This document shows positions 38,311-48,015 of a stretch of DNA of 64,000 bases, in pieces (positions within the stretch are counted from its first letter, which is position 1; each line of letters begins with the position of its first letter). Made by a program: the position numbers and the translations under genes. The notes beneath the pieces are model-generated. The model ran no database searches. It saw nothing but the letters and a program-made list of their open reading frames with translations, and was not told the origin of the DNA. The DNA is from Rickettsiales bacterium (GTDB lineage Bacteria; Pseudomonadota; Alphaproteobacteria; Rickettsiales; UBA8987), in the NCBI GenBank assembly GCA_020630095.1, contig JAHDCD010000004.1, positions 83,251 through 147,250 of the forward strand. The letters are read 5' to 3'.

Positions 38311-39855
38311 TTAACTTACCGTTCCATCTACAATTGATATCTGCGGAATTGCCACCTCGCCTTCTGTAATTGTCTTAGGGATTGAAAATGAGAATGTTGC
38401 ACCGCCTTTATCATTATTAGCGCACCATATGTCGCCTCCATGCCCCTTAACAAACCCGTTAGCAATTGCCAAGCCTAAACCCGTACCACCAGCCTTAGAT
38501 TTTGTGCGGGAGCTTTGAGCAAAACTTTCAAAAATTTTATCAATTTCATCTTCTGGAATGCCGACGCCGTTGTCGATGCAATTAAAAATAAAATTATCTC
38601 CATCATCATGAAGCTCAAGCCAGATAGATTTACCTTCAGGAGTAAATTTTACAGCATTACCAAGTAAGTTTGTAATAACTTGGATTATCTTTTGATCATC
38701 ACAAACAACATGAGTATCGAACTCGGCGATATCATAATGGATAGTGATTTTATTACTTGCCACCAGCGCCTGCTGTTCGGTTACTACAGTGCCAATAAGA
38801 AAGTTAAAGTCCGTACGTTGCATATTAAACTGCTCATTACCGGACTCAAGGCGGGCGATAAATAATAATCCATTTACCAGCTTAGTTAGCCTGTCCGTTA
38901 CTTGAGAAATATTGTGGAAGTAACGTTTTAAATCCGCCCTATCCGCCTCTTCAGCATCGTTTAAGCCGAAGTCTGAGAATGACTTCATGGCATGAAGTGG
39001 CGTTCTAAATTCGTGCGACATATTACGCAGGAACTCAGTTTTAGCCTCATTGGCTTCCTCCGCCTTTACCTTCTGAGCTTGTAGGTCGCGCGTTCTATCA
39101 ATAATTTTATCTTCCAGCGTGGAGTTAATCTCCTGTAAGCGTTGGTCGCGCCGATGTATTTTATCCAACATCACGTTAAACCTATTGGTAAGCTCACCTA
39201 CTTCATCATCATAAACTTTTTCCACCTGAATATTATAATCTGCGTGATCAGTTACTTCCTTCGCTATGGAAGAAAGCTGGTGAATAGGCGTAGATATATA
39301 ACGTTGGACTCGCGTTGCCAAAAAGTACGAAAGCGCCATTACCCCGATTACGATAATAATTGACCAGAATGATATCTGATAAATATGTTTATTAACGTCA
39401 TAAAGGTCGGATTCTAGATATACCGAGCCTACTTGCTCGCCACCGGAATCAATAATTTTTAAATGCGAGATAATTTTGTCCGAGGTATACTCGCTTATGA
39501 GCTCAGGCGCGTAAGTGGGACAAATAGTTGGCGCGTTATTAAGGTAAGATGAAAATATCTTCTCGTCACTATCATAAATACAGGCTTTAATAATAGAGGT
39601 TTTATTCTCAAGGTCATACAGGTTACGTTGCGCCATTGTTTTCTGATTAAACTTCAGCGCAGGTGCGGTACGTTTACCGATAATACGACCTACAAGCTCT
39701 AGCTCTCGTAGGGTGAATTCTTTAATGGTTACAGTGTCATAGCGTACGAAAATTACAGATGTAGTAAGCGTTGCTACGAATGATAAGAATAGCCCCGTAA
39801 TAATAAGTTTAGTACGAATTGTACTATTTAAGAATTTTTTAAATAAAGAGCCCAC
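38311..39855 (-). CDS. Sensor histidine kinase (TM-sensor-HAMP-HisKA-HATPase_c)
   Basis: MSHEFRTPLHAM H-box, HAMP-like EVGELTNRFNVMLDKI, N/G boxes (NLLGNAVKFT, DNGVGI, GGTGLGLAI). Confidence 0.9.
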   Translation of the reverse strand: MGSLFKKFLNSTIRTKLIITGLFLSFVATLTTSVIFVRYDTVTIKEFTLRELELVGRIIGKRTAPALKFNQKTMAQRNLYDLENKTSIIKACIYDSDEKIFSSYLNNAPTICPTYAPELISEYTSDKIISHLKIIDSGGEQVGSVYLESDLYDVNKHIYQISFWSIIIVIGVMALSYFLATRVQRYISTPIHQLSSIAKEVTDHADYNIQVEKVYDDEVGELTNRFNVMLDKIHRRDQRLQEINSTLEDKIIDRTRDLQAQKVKAEEANEAKTEFLRNMSHEFRTPLHAMKSFSDFGLNDAEEADRADLKRYFHNISQVTDRLTKLVNGLLFIARLESGNEQFNMQRTDFNFLIGTVVTEQQALVASNKITIHYDIAEFDTHVVCDDQKIIQVITNLLGNAVKFTPEGKSIWLELHDDGDNFIFNCIDNGVGIPEDEIDKIFESFAQSSRTKSKAGGTGLGLAIANGFVKGHGGDIWCANNDKGGATFSFSIPKTITEGEVAIPQISIVDGTVS

Positions 39856-40139
39856 TAATGAATAATATTAAGTAATTATTCTATCGAGTAAATTGTTAAT
39901 TAGCCTTACAGATTGCTACTTGGCTTATTTATACTCGTTAAGCTTATTTTCCAGAATATAGAAAAAATTCTAAAGTATCATTTTCTTAAAAAATAATATT
40001 TAGGGCACCGACCTTTTAAAAAACCTTATATTTCAACACCCATTAGGATAAAGCCTATAAAAACAGGGTGAAAAAATAGCAAAAAATGGGCGTTTTTTGG
40101 CAATTTTTTAACAAAAAACAGCGATTTTTGAATTTCTAT

Positions 40140-40239
40140 GTCATTGCGAGGAGCGTTAGCGACGTGGCAATCCATTAAGAGATATTTATGTTAAGTTAGA
40201 TCAGTTGATGGATCGCTTCACCTAAAGGTTCGCGATGAC
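40140..40239 (+). repeat. RPE-like palindromic repeat element, copy A (about 100 bp)
   Basis: gtcattgcgaggag...ggttcgcgatgac. Both ends (about 32-34 nt each) nearly match the inverted copy at 57324-57424. The termini are imperfect inverted repeats. Confidence 0.75.
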
Positions 40240-40339
40240 GTGTTGGCAGATAGACAATGTAAAACTAGAGTATACGCATAAGAAAAACTCGGAAGTGGGT
40301 ATTAACTTATTATTAACATATCTGTGATAAAATGAGTTT

Positions 40340-40999
40340 ATGAAATTTCATGGTGTTGCCATAGCAATTACAGGTGATGATCCCGTAAACGTAAAACTTA
40401 GTTGTACTGTTACATCTATACCTATGGATGATAGAAGAAATGTTGAAGTTTTAGATGACCTAACTTTTGATATAGAATTTGATATGTCAAATTTAGAATC
40501 CACAACCAAAGCTTTAGAAGAAATCTCTAACTCATTGTCTATGGCGGTTGGCATGCAAATGCTTGAATTTGATAATAGCGATTATGAATTTAGACCCGTT
40601 GCTTTAGTATTAGGGCAGCAAGGTGGTAAGAGTTATGATTTAAAATCATTAATGAATAATATATTTGGTAGCTATTTAACAGATGGATTTGAAAAATATG
40701 AGAATTTATATAACAAGCTAAGTTTAGCCTTAGAAAATTGCACTTTAGATTTTGGCAGTTATGGAGCAATTTCAATTTCTGATGAGGCAAGAGAACAGCT
40801 TATACAGAAGTTAGAATCTGAAGGGCTAGAAGAAAATGATAGATTAGTTGAATTGAAACCAAAACTTGATGCTGGAAATACTGAAGCTTTAGAAGAAATT
40901 ATTAAAATTGCAGAGGATAGAGCTCGGTTTTTTGTTAAGGTAAGAGGCGCAGTAAATAATAATTTTAGAGAACAGTGGAAAAGTAGGTTTACAAGTTAA
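40340..40999 (+). CDS. Hypothetical protein
   Basis: 219-aa ORF, antisense to the flanking receptor/kinase cluster. No recognisable motif. Confidence 0.4.
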   Translation: MKFHGVAIAITGDDPVNVKLSCTVTSIPMDDRRNVEVLDDLTFDIEFDMSNLESTTKALEEISNSLSMAVGMQMLEFDNSDYEFRPVALVLGQQGGKSYDLKSLMNNIFGSYLTDGFEKYENLYNKLSLALENCTLDFGSYGAISISDEAREQLIQKLESEGLEENDRLVELKPKLDAGNTEALEEIIKIAEDRARFFVKVRGAVNNNFREQWKSRFTS

Positions 41000-41011
41000 T
41001 TCCCGCCTTGG

Positions 41012-41365
41012 ATGGATTATAGGGAAAATAAAGATCTACAACAAAAATGGCCAATTTATTCTTTCACCTCATGGCATCCTGATATTTATAAAGCATTTAC
41101 AGAAACGTATTCATCTTGCATTGGCTCTGATAGAGGTTTCTTCTTGAAATCTGCGGATGAACCTCGATCAAGGTTTTATCAGGACGTTACTACTTTAATG
41201 GCATGGGATCAGATGGATGTTGCTCTAGGTGAAAGGGAAGAACATAAAGTTAGTTCTGATGCCGATAAAGGAGAAACTAAGAAAGACCTAATTTCTACAT
41301 CAAGAAAGATTGCTGAAGTTCTATCTCAAAAAAGAAAGTCTTTATCTGATGAGATCGGCGTTTAA
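41012..41365 (+). CDS. Hypothetical protein
   Basis: 117-aa ORF following 40340-40999 on the same strand. Confidence 0.4.
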   Translation: MDYRENKDLQQKWPIYSFTSWHPDIYKAFTETYSSCIGSDRGFFLKSADEPRSRFYQDVTTLMAWDQMDVALGEREEHKVSSDADKGETKKDLISTSRKIAEVLSQKRKSLSDEIGV

Positions 41366-41399
41366 TCAAGTAATGGAATCTAGGGAGATGAATAGATAA

Positions 41400-41954
41400 C
41401 TACTCGATTTCCATGATGCCTAGTAAGTCTGGGTCTAGGGCTACGCCAACGCGATTCATGTTTTGCATATTGGCTTTTAGCAATACATCGTCACCAAGAA
41501 TTATAAAACTAGACATACCGCCGATATCAGAAAAATTATCCATATTAGACACAGTAAAAATAGGGTAGTTCATTAAACGTACCATAACTTGCGGAGCGTC
41601 TGATTTGAATTTCTTATTAATATAGAAAACATCGCAACCGGAAGGATTTTCACGCTTACCTTTATACTGAATTTTTATCTTTTTAGTGGTGTTTTCTTTG
41701 TATGAATTAATGTAAGTACCCGTTTCATCATTTTCTAAAAAACAAATGGTTAAGTCATTGTTTTTATAGAGTAAATTTGATGGGTAAGTGATATAATCCA
41801 GATAGTTTACGATGAACTCAGCGGCAATTTCTTCTTCTGAGACCAAAGTTTGAGCAGTGGTTTTAATAGGCGCATAGAAAGCCGTTATTGCTAATAATGA
41901 TATAGCAAATGTGTTTCTAGCTGAAGCTAGTAATTTCCTTAATCTATAACTCAT
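41400..41954 (-). CDS. YfiR-like (DUF4154) periplasmic protein (putative)
   Basis: Signal peptide, 184 aa. Its position between a TonB-dependent receptor and a histidine kinase matches the known three-gene arrangement. Motif-level support is weak. Confidence 0.45.
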   Translation of the reverse strand: MSYRLRKLLASARNTFAISLLAITAFYAPIKTTAQTLVSEEEIAAEFIVNYLDYITYPSNLLYKNNDLTICFLENDETGTYINSYKENTTKKIKIQYKGKRENPSGCDVFYINKKFKSDAPQVMVRLMNYPIFTVSNMDNFSDIGGMSSFIILGDDVLLKANMQNMNRVGVALDPDLLGIMEIE

Positions 41955-42024
41955 AAAAATCTTTCATTTTGGCTAAGATATATAATTGTATCTCAACCAA
42001 AACTAGTGCGGAAGTTTAAATTAA

Positions 42025-43959
42025 CTAAAATTTAAACTTAACTTGAGCATAAACGCTACGCTCAATTTCCGCAGTATTTTGGTAAAGTGCAGGTGCGTAT
42101 TCTAACCTGCCGTTACCGAATATATCTTGTCCTACTATGCTTAACTCTATGTTATCGTTTGGTTTCCATGCTAATCTTGCATCGAAACGCCAGTAATCAT
42201 CAACGCTAACTGTAGTTGAAGCTGATGGTAATTCGTCCACATAATATAATACCTTGTCAAGTTCAATGTTATTACCAAGATTCAAGTGCGAACGAATTGA
42301 AAATTGATTTTCTGGGTTACTGCCTTCATGTGCTAATTCTACAAAATCAGTACTGCCATTAACGGCTCTTAAATCTGTTTTTAAGAAGCTATAAGAAGCA
42401 ACTAAGTCCCAGTTTGTTGTTACTCTCCAATCTAACGATAGTTCAGCGCCATAAGTTTCACCTTCTAAGTTGTTATCTACAACTAAATTAGGGAAAGCAA
42501 ATTCTTGCGACCTAAGTTCGTTATACTCATTATAAAACACGGTTAAATCCGCCATAATATTATTACGAGGACGGAAGCGAATTCCTGCTTCGTATGCTGT
42601 TAAAACTTCAGAATCAAAGTTTATGTTACCTACTTGGCTAATTACTGGATTAGCTAATAAGTTAATTCCGCGCTCTGCTCTGGTTGGGGTTCTAGAGGCT
42701 CTAGATACTGCACCCCAGATAGTAGTATTTTTATCAGCTAAGTATGTTAAGCGAAGATTTGGCTGGATTTCCCAATCAGTGAAGTAATTATATTCAAACT
42801 TTGAGCCGATAGTTAAGAATAATTTATCATCAATAAGTTCAAATTTATCCTGAATGAAGGCTGAGTAAGAAGAATACGTATCTTCTTTAGGGTTGTATGT
42901 AATGAAAGATGTTCCGCCAACTGGCTTATCTAATAGTTTGCCATCATGGTATCTAACTTCAACGCCAGCATTGATTTCATGCCCTTCTAGACCTGAATAG
43001 TTATACTGAGCTTCAATATCGGCTGTTGTTCTTTCGATATCTAAGAATGGTAAATCTCTAGCGAAGTAATCTATATAGCCTTGTACGAAGAAATCTGAAT
43101 CTTTGTCTATTGCAGCTTGGTATTTAGCTAAAATTCTTGCACCTGTTGATTTTGTCTCGCTATTTTCGAATGCAAATGTAGTTGGATTAGTATAGTCAGA
43201 GTTAATATCGTGATCGAAATAATCCGCTTTAACATAAAGTTTTTTAGTTTTAGAAATATCTGAATCAATTCTAAAGCCTACATTTGAAGTCTCCCAATCA
43301 TCAGTTTCATTTCCTGCCACTTCAATATCACCTGCTCTCTTTTCTTTCTTAGCAAATATACGATATGATGTTTTATCTGATAGTTTACCGCCTTTTCTTA
43401 CCTCGGCAAAGGCTCTTTCTTCATTACCACCACCTACTAGAACATGCGTGCCTTGTGTAAGTTTAGAGCTTTTAGTAATAATATTTACAACACCATTTAC
43501 CGCATTTGCACCCCATACTGTAGCACCTGGGCCACGAATAACTTCGATCTTTTCAATATCTTCTAATAACGGAGTATTGTTGCTGTCCCACCATGTACCT
43601 GAGAAAGTTGGTGTGTAAACAGATTGACCATCAATTAATACTAGTAGTTTATTGGCAAATTGACTGTTAAAGCCACGGATTGTTACAGCCCATGTATTTG
43701 AATTCATTTTTGCAACTTGCACACCTGGAACGGCTCTTAATGCCTCTGGTATGGTTTTTGCACCAATACGTTTAATATCCTCTTGAGTTAACACATATAC
43801 AGCAGATGAAGCTTCAAAGGCGCTTTCTTCTTTTTTAGATGCTGATACGATTTGTATATTTTTCTTCTTTAAACTAAATTTAGATTTTAAGTCTGCTTGA
43901 GCATTGGGCGCTAAAAATACAGATGTAGCAATAATAGCTGGTAAAAGTAATTTTTTCAT
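42025..43959 (-). CDS. TonB-dependent outer-membrane receptor
   Basis: Signal peptide, plug-domain patterns (IEVIRGPGATVWGANAVNGVVNIITK), C-terminal beta-barrel ending YAQVKFKF. Confidence 0.9.
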   Translation of the reverse strand: MKKLLLPAIIATSVFLAPNAQADLKSKFSLKKKNIQIVSASKKEESAFEASSAVYVLTQEDIKRIGAKTIPEALRAVPGVQVAKMNSNTWAVTIRGFNSQFANKLLVLIDGQSVYTPTFSGTWWDSNNTPLLEDIEKIEVIRGPGATVWGANAVNGVVNIITKSSKLTQGTHVLVGGGNEERAFAEVRKGGKLSDKTSYRIFAKKEKRAGDIEVAGNETDDWETSNVGFRIDSDISKTKKLYVKADYFDHDINSDYTNPTTFAFENSETKSTGARILAKYQAAIDKDSDFFVQGYIDYFARDLPFLDIERTTADIEAQYNYSGLEGHEINAGVEVRYHDGKLLDKPVGGTSFITYNPKEDTYSSYSAFIQDKFELIDDKLFLTIGSKFEYNYFTDWEIQPNLRLTYLADKNTTIWGAVSRASRTPTRAERGINLLANPVISQVGNINFDSEVLTAYEAGIRFRPRNNIMADLTVFYNEYNELRSQEFAFPNLVVDNNLEGETYGAELSLDWRVTTNWDLVASYSFLKTDLRAVNGSTDFVELAHEGSNPENQFSIRSHLNLGNNIELDKVLYYVDELPSASTTVSVDDYWRFDARLAWKPNDNIELSIVGQDIFGNGRLEYAPALYQNTAEIERSVYAQVKFKF

Positions 43960-44101
43960 AAGACTAAAGTAGTTGAATTAAAGTTGGTTGCATATAAATT
44001 ACGCATTAAAGGTTAAAATTTAGTTAAGAAAGAGAAAGTTTATAAAAAAGTTAATTTAGTTAACCTTTTAGCTATGCAATTAAATTGGTGGCAATTATAG
44101 G

Positions 44102-44728
44102 CTACATATAAAGAATTGTTAAATATACACTCTGGCCTTGCATATTTTTATAATCATCAGGAAATGGGATTTCTTGATCTGTGATTGTTTCAAATTCAAT
44201 ATTTTCTGCTCTTAGCACTCTAGAATTAAATCTAGTTTGAATTCTACTAGCGATAAAAAAACCATATTTAACGCCTCTATTTTGGAAGTCATAATAACTA
44301 TGTAAAATTAACTTCTTTGCGGCCTCAAGACCTACATCATTTTTTAATGCTAATCTAGATAGTTCACCACATTTTTCGGACGCCACTTTTGTGCCGAATA
44401 ATTTTTCTATATTAAAATCTTTATTGTAGTTTTCAAAAGGAAGTAAATTTGCATTCCTATTATCGGTCACTCTACAGCCACCTACTATCGTAACACCTTC
44501 TTTGGCTACAAAAACTGTAGAATCTTCATCATAGTTATCTCTTACTTTATTGTATGATTCTAATTCAAAATGAGATTCGTATCTTTTATCTCTAATTTCA
44601 AAGTAACTTTCCTTATCTTCATTAGATATAGCTTCTTCTATGATGTATGAACTAACATCATTTTTTTCAATATTTGCAGAAGTATCAACCATTACAATCT
44701 GAGCTTTATTTACATTAATCATACTCAT
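44102..44728 (-). CDS. GNAT/LuxI-like N-acyltransferase family protein (putative)
   Basis: 208 aa. The core VFVAKEGVTIVGGCRV...CGELSRLAL resembles the acyl-amino-acid / autoinducer synthase-like GNAT fold. Weak. Confidence 0.35.
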   Translation of the reverse strand: MSMINVNKAQIVMVDTSANIEKNDVSSYIIEEAISNEDKESYFEIRDKRYESHFELESYNKVRDNYDEDSTVFVAKEGVTIVGGCRVTDNRNANLLPFENYNKDFNIEKLFGTKVASEKCGELSRLALKNDVGLEAAKKLILHSYYDFQNRGVKYGFFIASRIQTRFNSRVLRAENIEFETITDQEIPFPDDYKNMQGQSVYLTILYM

Positions 44729-44795
44729 GTAAAGGTTTTAATATCATGCTATTAAGATTTATCAATAAACATCTGATAAATCAGACTATTAACCT

Positions 44796-45158
44796 TCACA
44801 TATTATACATTGTAGCCTGTGTGCTGTAATTTGTATCATATGACTTATTCTTCATCATCATAAACTCTTTAGTACAATTATGATATTCAGATGATCCTGT
44901 TGCAAAGCCTAACCCTCTGCATATATTCATCCCCTCCTTAGCGTAAGAAATGTATGAATTGGCCTTTTGCCTAGAGTACATTTCATTTTGGCTTTCACTG
45001 CATGATGACAATACCAAAGTCATTCCTATCATTGATATTAAAGCCATTATTAATGAAACTAATCTTTGCTCTATTTTTTCTGTAATCATTTCTCTCCTCT
45101 TTATAGTCTTTTCTAATTTACACTTAGTGTAAATTAGGTTCATTGCTGCGCAATGCAA
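44796..45158 (-). CDS. Small lipoprotein (putative)
   Basis: Lipobox LVLSSC. The likely true start is ATG 45089 (MITEKIEQ...). Confidence 0.4.
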   Translation of the reverse strand: MHCAAMNLIYTKCKLEKTIKRREMITEKIEQRLVSLIMALISMIGMTLVLSSCSESQNEMYSRQKANSYISYAKEGMNICRGLGFATGSSEYHNCTKEFMMMKNKSYDTNYSTQATMYNM

Positions 45159-45347
45159 ACCAAGCTCAACCTTGGTTTGATAGTAAATTGGAATTTACTA
45201 TATTATGGTTACAGATAGCTACTTAATATTTCTATATTTTTAAATCAATGGAAATATTGAATCTTTTTTAGAAAAATTATTAAATCTCTGAAATTACTAT
45301 GTTTACAATAATAAAGAAATTGGTAGAAAATGGGTCATCTTTAATGT

Positions 45348-45424
45348 GTACCCATAGCTCAGCTGGATAGAGCACGTGACTTCTAATCTCGGGGTCGGGG
45401 GTTCGAATCCCTCTGGGTACACCA
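45348..45424 (+). tRNA. tRNA-Arg (anticodon TCT)
   Basis: Acceptor gtaccca/tgggtac, D-arm tagctcagctggatagagc, anticodon loop CTTCTAA, T-arm ggggg-ttcgaat-ccctc, CCA encoded. Confidence 0.9.
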
Positions 45425-45430
45425 TTTATA

Positions 45431-45754
45431 ATGAATAGATATTTGATCATATTGTCTATTTTTGCTGTATTAATTTCTTACGGCGTTACTTCTACGCATT
45501 CTATAATCCATACTGAGCATAGTAATGAGGAGCTTCATTGCGCTGAACATGGATATTCTGAACATAACGAAGAAGAGAGTGAGTGTTCTTTGTGTGAATT
45601 AGGTGTCGCTAATTTAGATTATATTAAATCTACCCCCCCTCAGAACGTTAGTAATGTTACGACTTTATTTAATAACCCACTAGAATTGCATAATGGGCTT
45701 ATTAAATCTTATTTGAATAGGCATTCATCGCCTCGTGCGCCGCCGTTTGTTTAA
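45431..45754 (+). CDS. Small Cys/His-rich membrane-anchored protein (DUF2946-like?)
   Basis: N-terminal TM, HTEH..HCAEH..H..CSLCE cluster, C-terminal PRAPPFV. Precedes a metal-uptake cluster. Confidence 0.4.
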   Translation: MNRYLIILSIFAVLISYGVTSTHSIIHTEHSNEELHCAEHGYSEHNEEESECSLCELGVANLDYIKSTPPQNVSNVTTLFNNPLELHNGLIKSYLNRHSSPRAPPFV

Positions 45755-45757
45755 ATT

Positions 45758-45826
45758 GTCATTCCCGCAAAAGCGGGAATCTATCTTTGAATAGGTAAAC
45801 AATCCCCGCTTTCACGGGGATGGCAT
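45758..45826 (+). repeat. Double-hairpin palindromic repeat element (gtcattcccgc type)
   Basis: Hairpins attcccgc-aaaa-gcgggaat (45761-45780) and atccccg-ctttca-cggggat (45802-45821). Confidence 0.6.
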
Positions 45827-45850
45827 AATTAATTTAACAAACATTTTAAA

Positions 45851-47041
45851 ATGAAAAAATTTTTATTCGCGGCTTTTTGTGCAGCCGTAGTAGGCACTAG
45901 TGCCAATGCGCAAAATATTACCGATACATCATTCAACCCTGCCCTTTCTGTTGTTTTAGAAGGTGGCTTTGTTGACACTAAATCTGATCCAGAAGAATAT
46001 TCCATTCCTGGTTTTGACGTTGGCGCGCCTGAAGGTAGAATTGAAGGTGAAGGCTTTTATACTGGTCATAACGAAATAACTGCATCTGCTAATGTTGATG
46101 ACTTATTTTATGGTCAAGCAACTGTAGTTGTAGCTGAACATGATGGCGAAGCAGAAGTTGAACTTGAAGAAGCTTTTATTCAAACACTTGGTTTGGGTCA
46201 TGGTCTAAGTGTTCGCGCTGGTAGAATGTTACCTGTATTTGGTTACTTAAATGAGAAACATTTACACCAAGATTATTTTGTTGAGCGTCCGTTAATTTAC
46301 CAAGGTATGCTTGGTGGACACATGATTGATGATGGTATTGAAGCTTCAATCGTACTACCAACTGACTTATACGCTGAAATTGGTGCAGGTTTATTTGCTG
46401 GTAACAGCTACCCTTCAACTAAAGATAAAGGAATTGGTACTTATACCGGCTTTGCTCGTGTAGGTGGTGACTTTAATGAGTCAATTTCTTGGCGTGCGGG
46501 TTTGCATTATTTATTTGCTGATCCTAATGGCCGTGAAGCTGGCTCTCATGATCATGGCGGTACAGTAGCTGATTTAGAATTCACAGGTGATACAAGCCTT
46601 TATGGTTTAGAGTTCAAACTAGAATGGGCTCCTGAAGGTAATTCAGTTGATCAGAAAGTTGAATTTAGAACTGAATATTTCATAAAAAAGGATGATGGTT
46701 TCTACGATGATGGCACTGACACTCCATTACATGATGGTACTGCTGAAGGTTTCTATACTCAGCTTTCATACAAGTTTAGTAAGGAATGGTCTGCTGGTGT
46801 ACGTTATGAACAGTTAATGCCTGAAGATAATATTGATGCTGATTTAATTGGCACTGCACTTGATTCTGAAGGTCATAACCCTGAGTCATTCAGCTTACAG
46901 TTACAGTATGCTCCATCTGAGTTTAGTCGTGTTCGTGTAGGCTATACTAATGCAGAACTTCATGAAGAAGACCCTGTAGACCACAGATTCATGGTTAACT
47001 TCCAAGTTTCTTTAGGTGCTCATGGTGCTCATAAATACTAG
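45851..47041 (+). CDS. Outer-membrane beta-barrel (porin-like) protein, metal-uptake associated (putative)
   Basis: Signal peptide ending ANAQ, alternating beta-strand pattern, aromatic-rich C-terminus. Upstream of the ZnuA-like gene. Confidence 0.5.
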   Translation: MKKFLFAAFCAAVVGTSANAQNITDTSFNPALSVVLEGGFVDTKSDPEEYSIPGFDVGAPEGRIEGEGFYTGHNEITASANVDDLFYGQATVVVAEHDGEAEVELEEAFIQTLGLGHGLSVRAGRMLPVFGYLNEKHLHQDYFVERPLIYQGMLGGHMIDDGIEASIVLPTDLYAEIGAGLFAGNSYPSTKDKGIGTYTGFARVGGDFNESISWRAGLHYLFADPNGREAGSHDHGGTVADLEFTGDTSLYGLEFKLEWAPEGNSVDQKVEFRTEYFIKKDDGFYDDGTDTPLHDGTAEGFYTQLSYKFSKEWSAGVRYEQLMPEDNIDADLIGTALDSEGHNPESFSLQLQYAPSEFSRVRVGYTNAELHEEDPVDHRFMVNFQVSLGAHGAHKY

Positions 47042-47142
47042 GCTTCGCCTAGTTGAAGGATAAAGAGTTAGAAGGACTGAAGGAATTAAAAATCCTTCTT
47101 ATCCCTCTTATCCCTCTTATCCTTCATAACCCTTCATTAAAT

Positions 47143-48015
47143 ATGCGTTATTTATTATTATTTATTTTATTAGTTCCATTTAATGCACAGGCGAGAATAA
47201 ATGTTTTCGCCTGTGAACCTGAGTGGAAGTATATCGCAGATAAAATTGGCGGAAGTGACGTAAGAACATTCTCCGCTACTACATCTAAGCAGAACCCTCA
47301 TTATATATCTGCCAAGCCTTCGCTTATTGCTAAAATGCGCAGGGCGGACATTGTATTTTGTTCGGGTAGTGACTTAGAAACTGGTTGGTTGCCGGTTCTG
47401 CTTAAATCTGCTGGTAAAAAACAAGTTCAAGTTGGTAATAAAGGTTATTTTATGGCGGCAGATCAAGTTGATTTGCTAGGCGTTATTGAAGATGTAAGTC
47501 TTATTGATAGGTCTTTGGGAGATATTCATCCGTTTGGGAATCCTCATGTGCATTTAGACCCTAATCGCTATGTTAAAGTTGCTAAGAATTTTACTGCTAG
47601 GTTGGCTGAATTAGATGCTCAAAATAGTACAAAATATACTGGTAACTTTGTAAAGTTTGAACATGATTTACTTTCACTTAGTTCAAAGTTAAAGCAACAG
47701 GCGATATCTTTAAAAGGTAAGAAAGTGATTACTTATCATGCTAATTTTGATTATTTAGCGGATTGGTTAGAGTTTGATTTAGTTGATACGATTGAATCTA
47801 AACCTGGTATTAGCCCAAGCTCTAGGCATTTAGCTAAACTTGTTAGTAAGTATAAAAACACTGGTGTTCATAAGATAATTTATACATCTTATGAGAGTGG
47901 CAAACCTGCTAGGTGGTTATCTGATAAAATTGGTGTAGAGGCGGTACAGCTTTTATATAATTCTAAAGATGATATGCCAAAAGTGTTTGAACAAATGGTA
48001 AGCAAACTTAAATGA
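47143..48015 (+). CDS. Metal (Zn/Mn) ABC transporter substrate-binding protein (ZnuA/TroA family)
   Basis: Start refined to ATG 47143 (signal peptide MRYLLLFILLVPFNAQA). FACEPEWKYIA, HPFGNPHVHLDP, ITYHANFDYL. Confidence 0.75.
   Translation: MRYLLLFILLVPFNAQARINVFACEPEWKYIADKIGGSDVRTFSATTSKQNPHYISAKPSLIAKMRRADIVFCSGSDLETGWLPVLLKSAGKKQVQVGNKGYFMAADQVDLLGVIEDVSLIDRSLGDIHPFGNPHVHLDPNRYVKVAKNFTARLAELDAQNSTKYTGNFVKFEHDLLSLSSKLKQQAISLKGKKVITYHANFDYLADWLEFDLVDTIESKPGISPSSRHLAKLVSKYKNTGVHKIIYTSYESGKPARWLSDKIGVEAVQLLYNSKDDMPKVFEQMVSKLK

Noticed and set aside
47053-47142. N-terminal extension of the ZnuA-like ORF from TTG 47053
   Set aside because: The extension translates a tandem-repeat hairpin (LIPLIPLILH). 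A proper signal peptide starts at ATG 47143.
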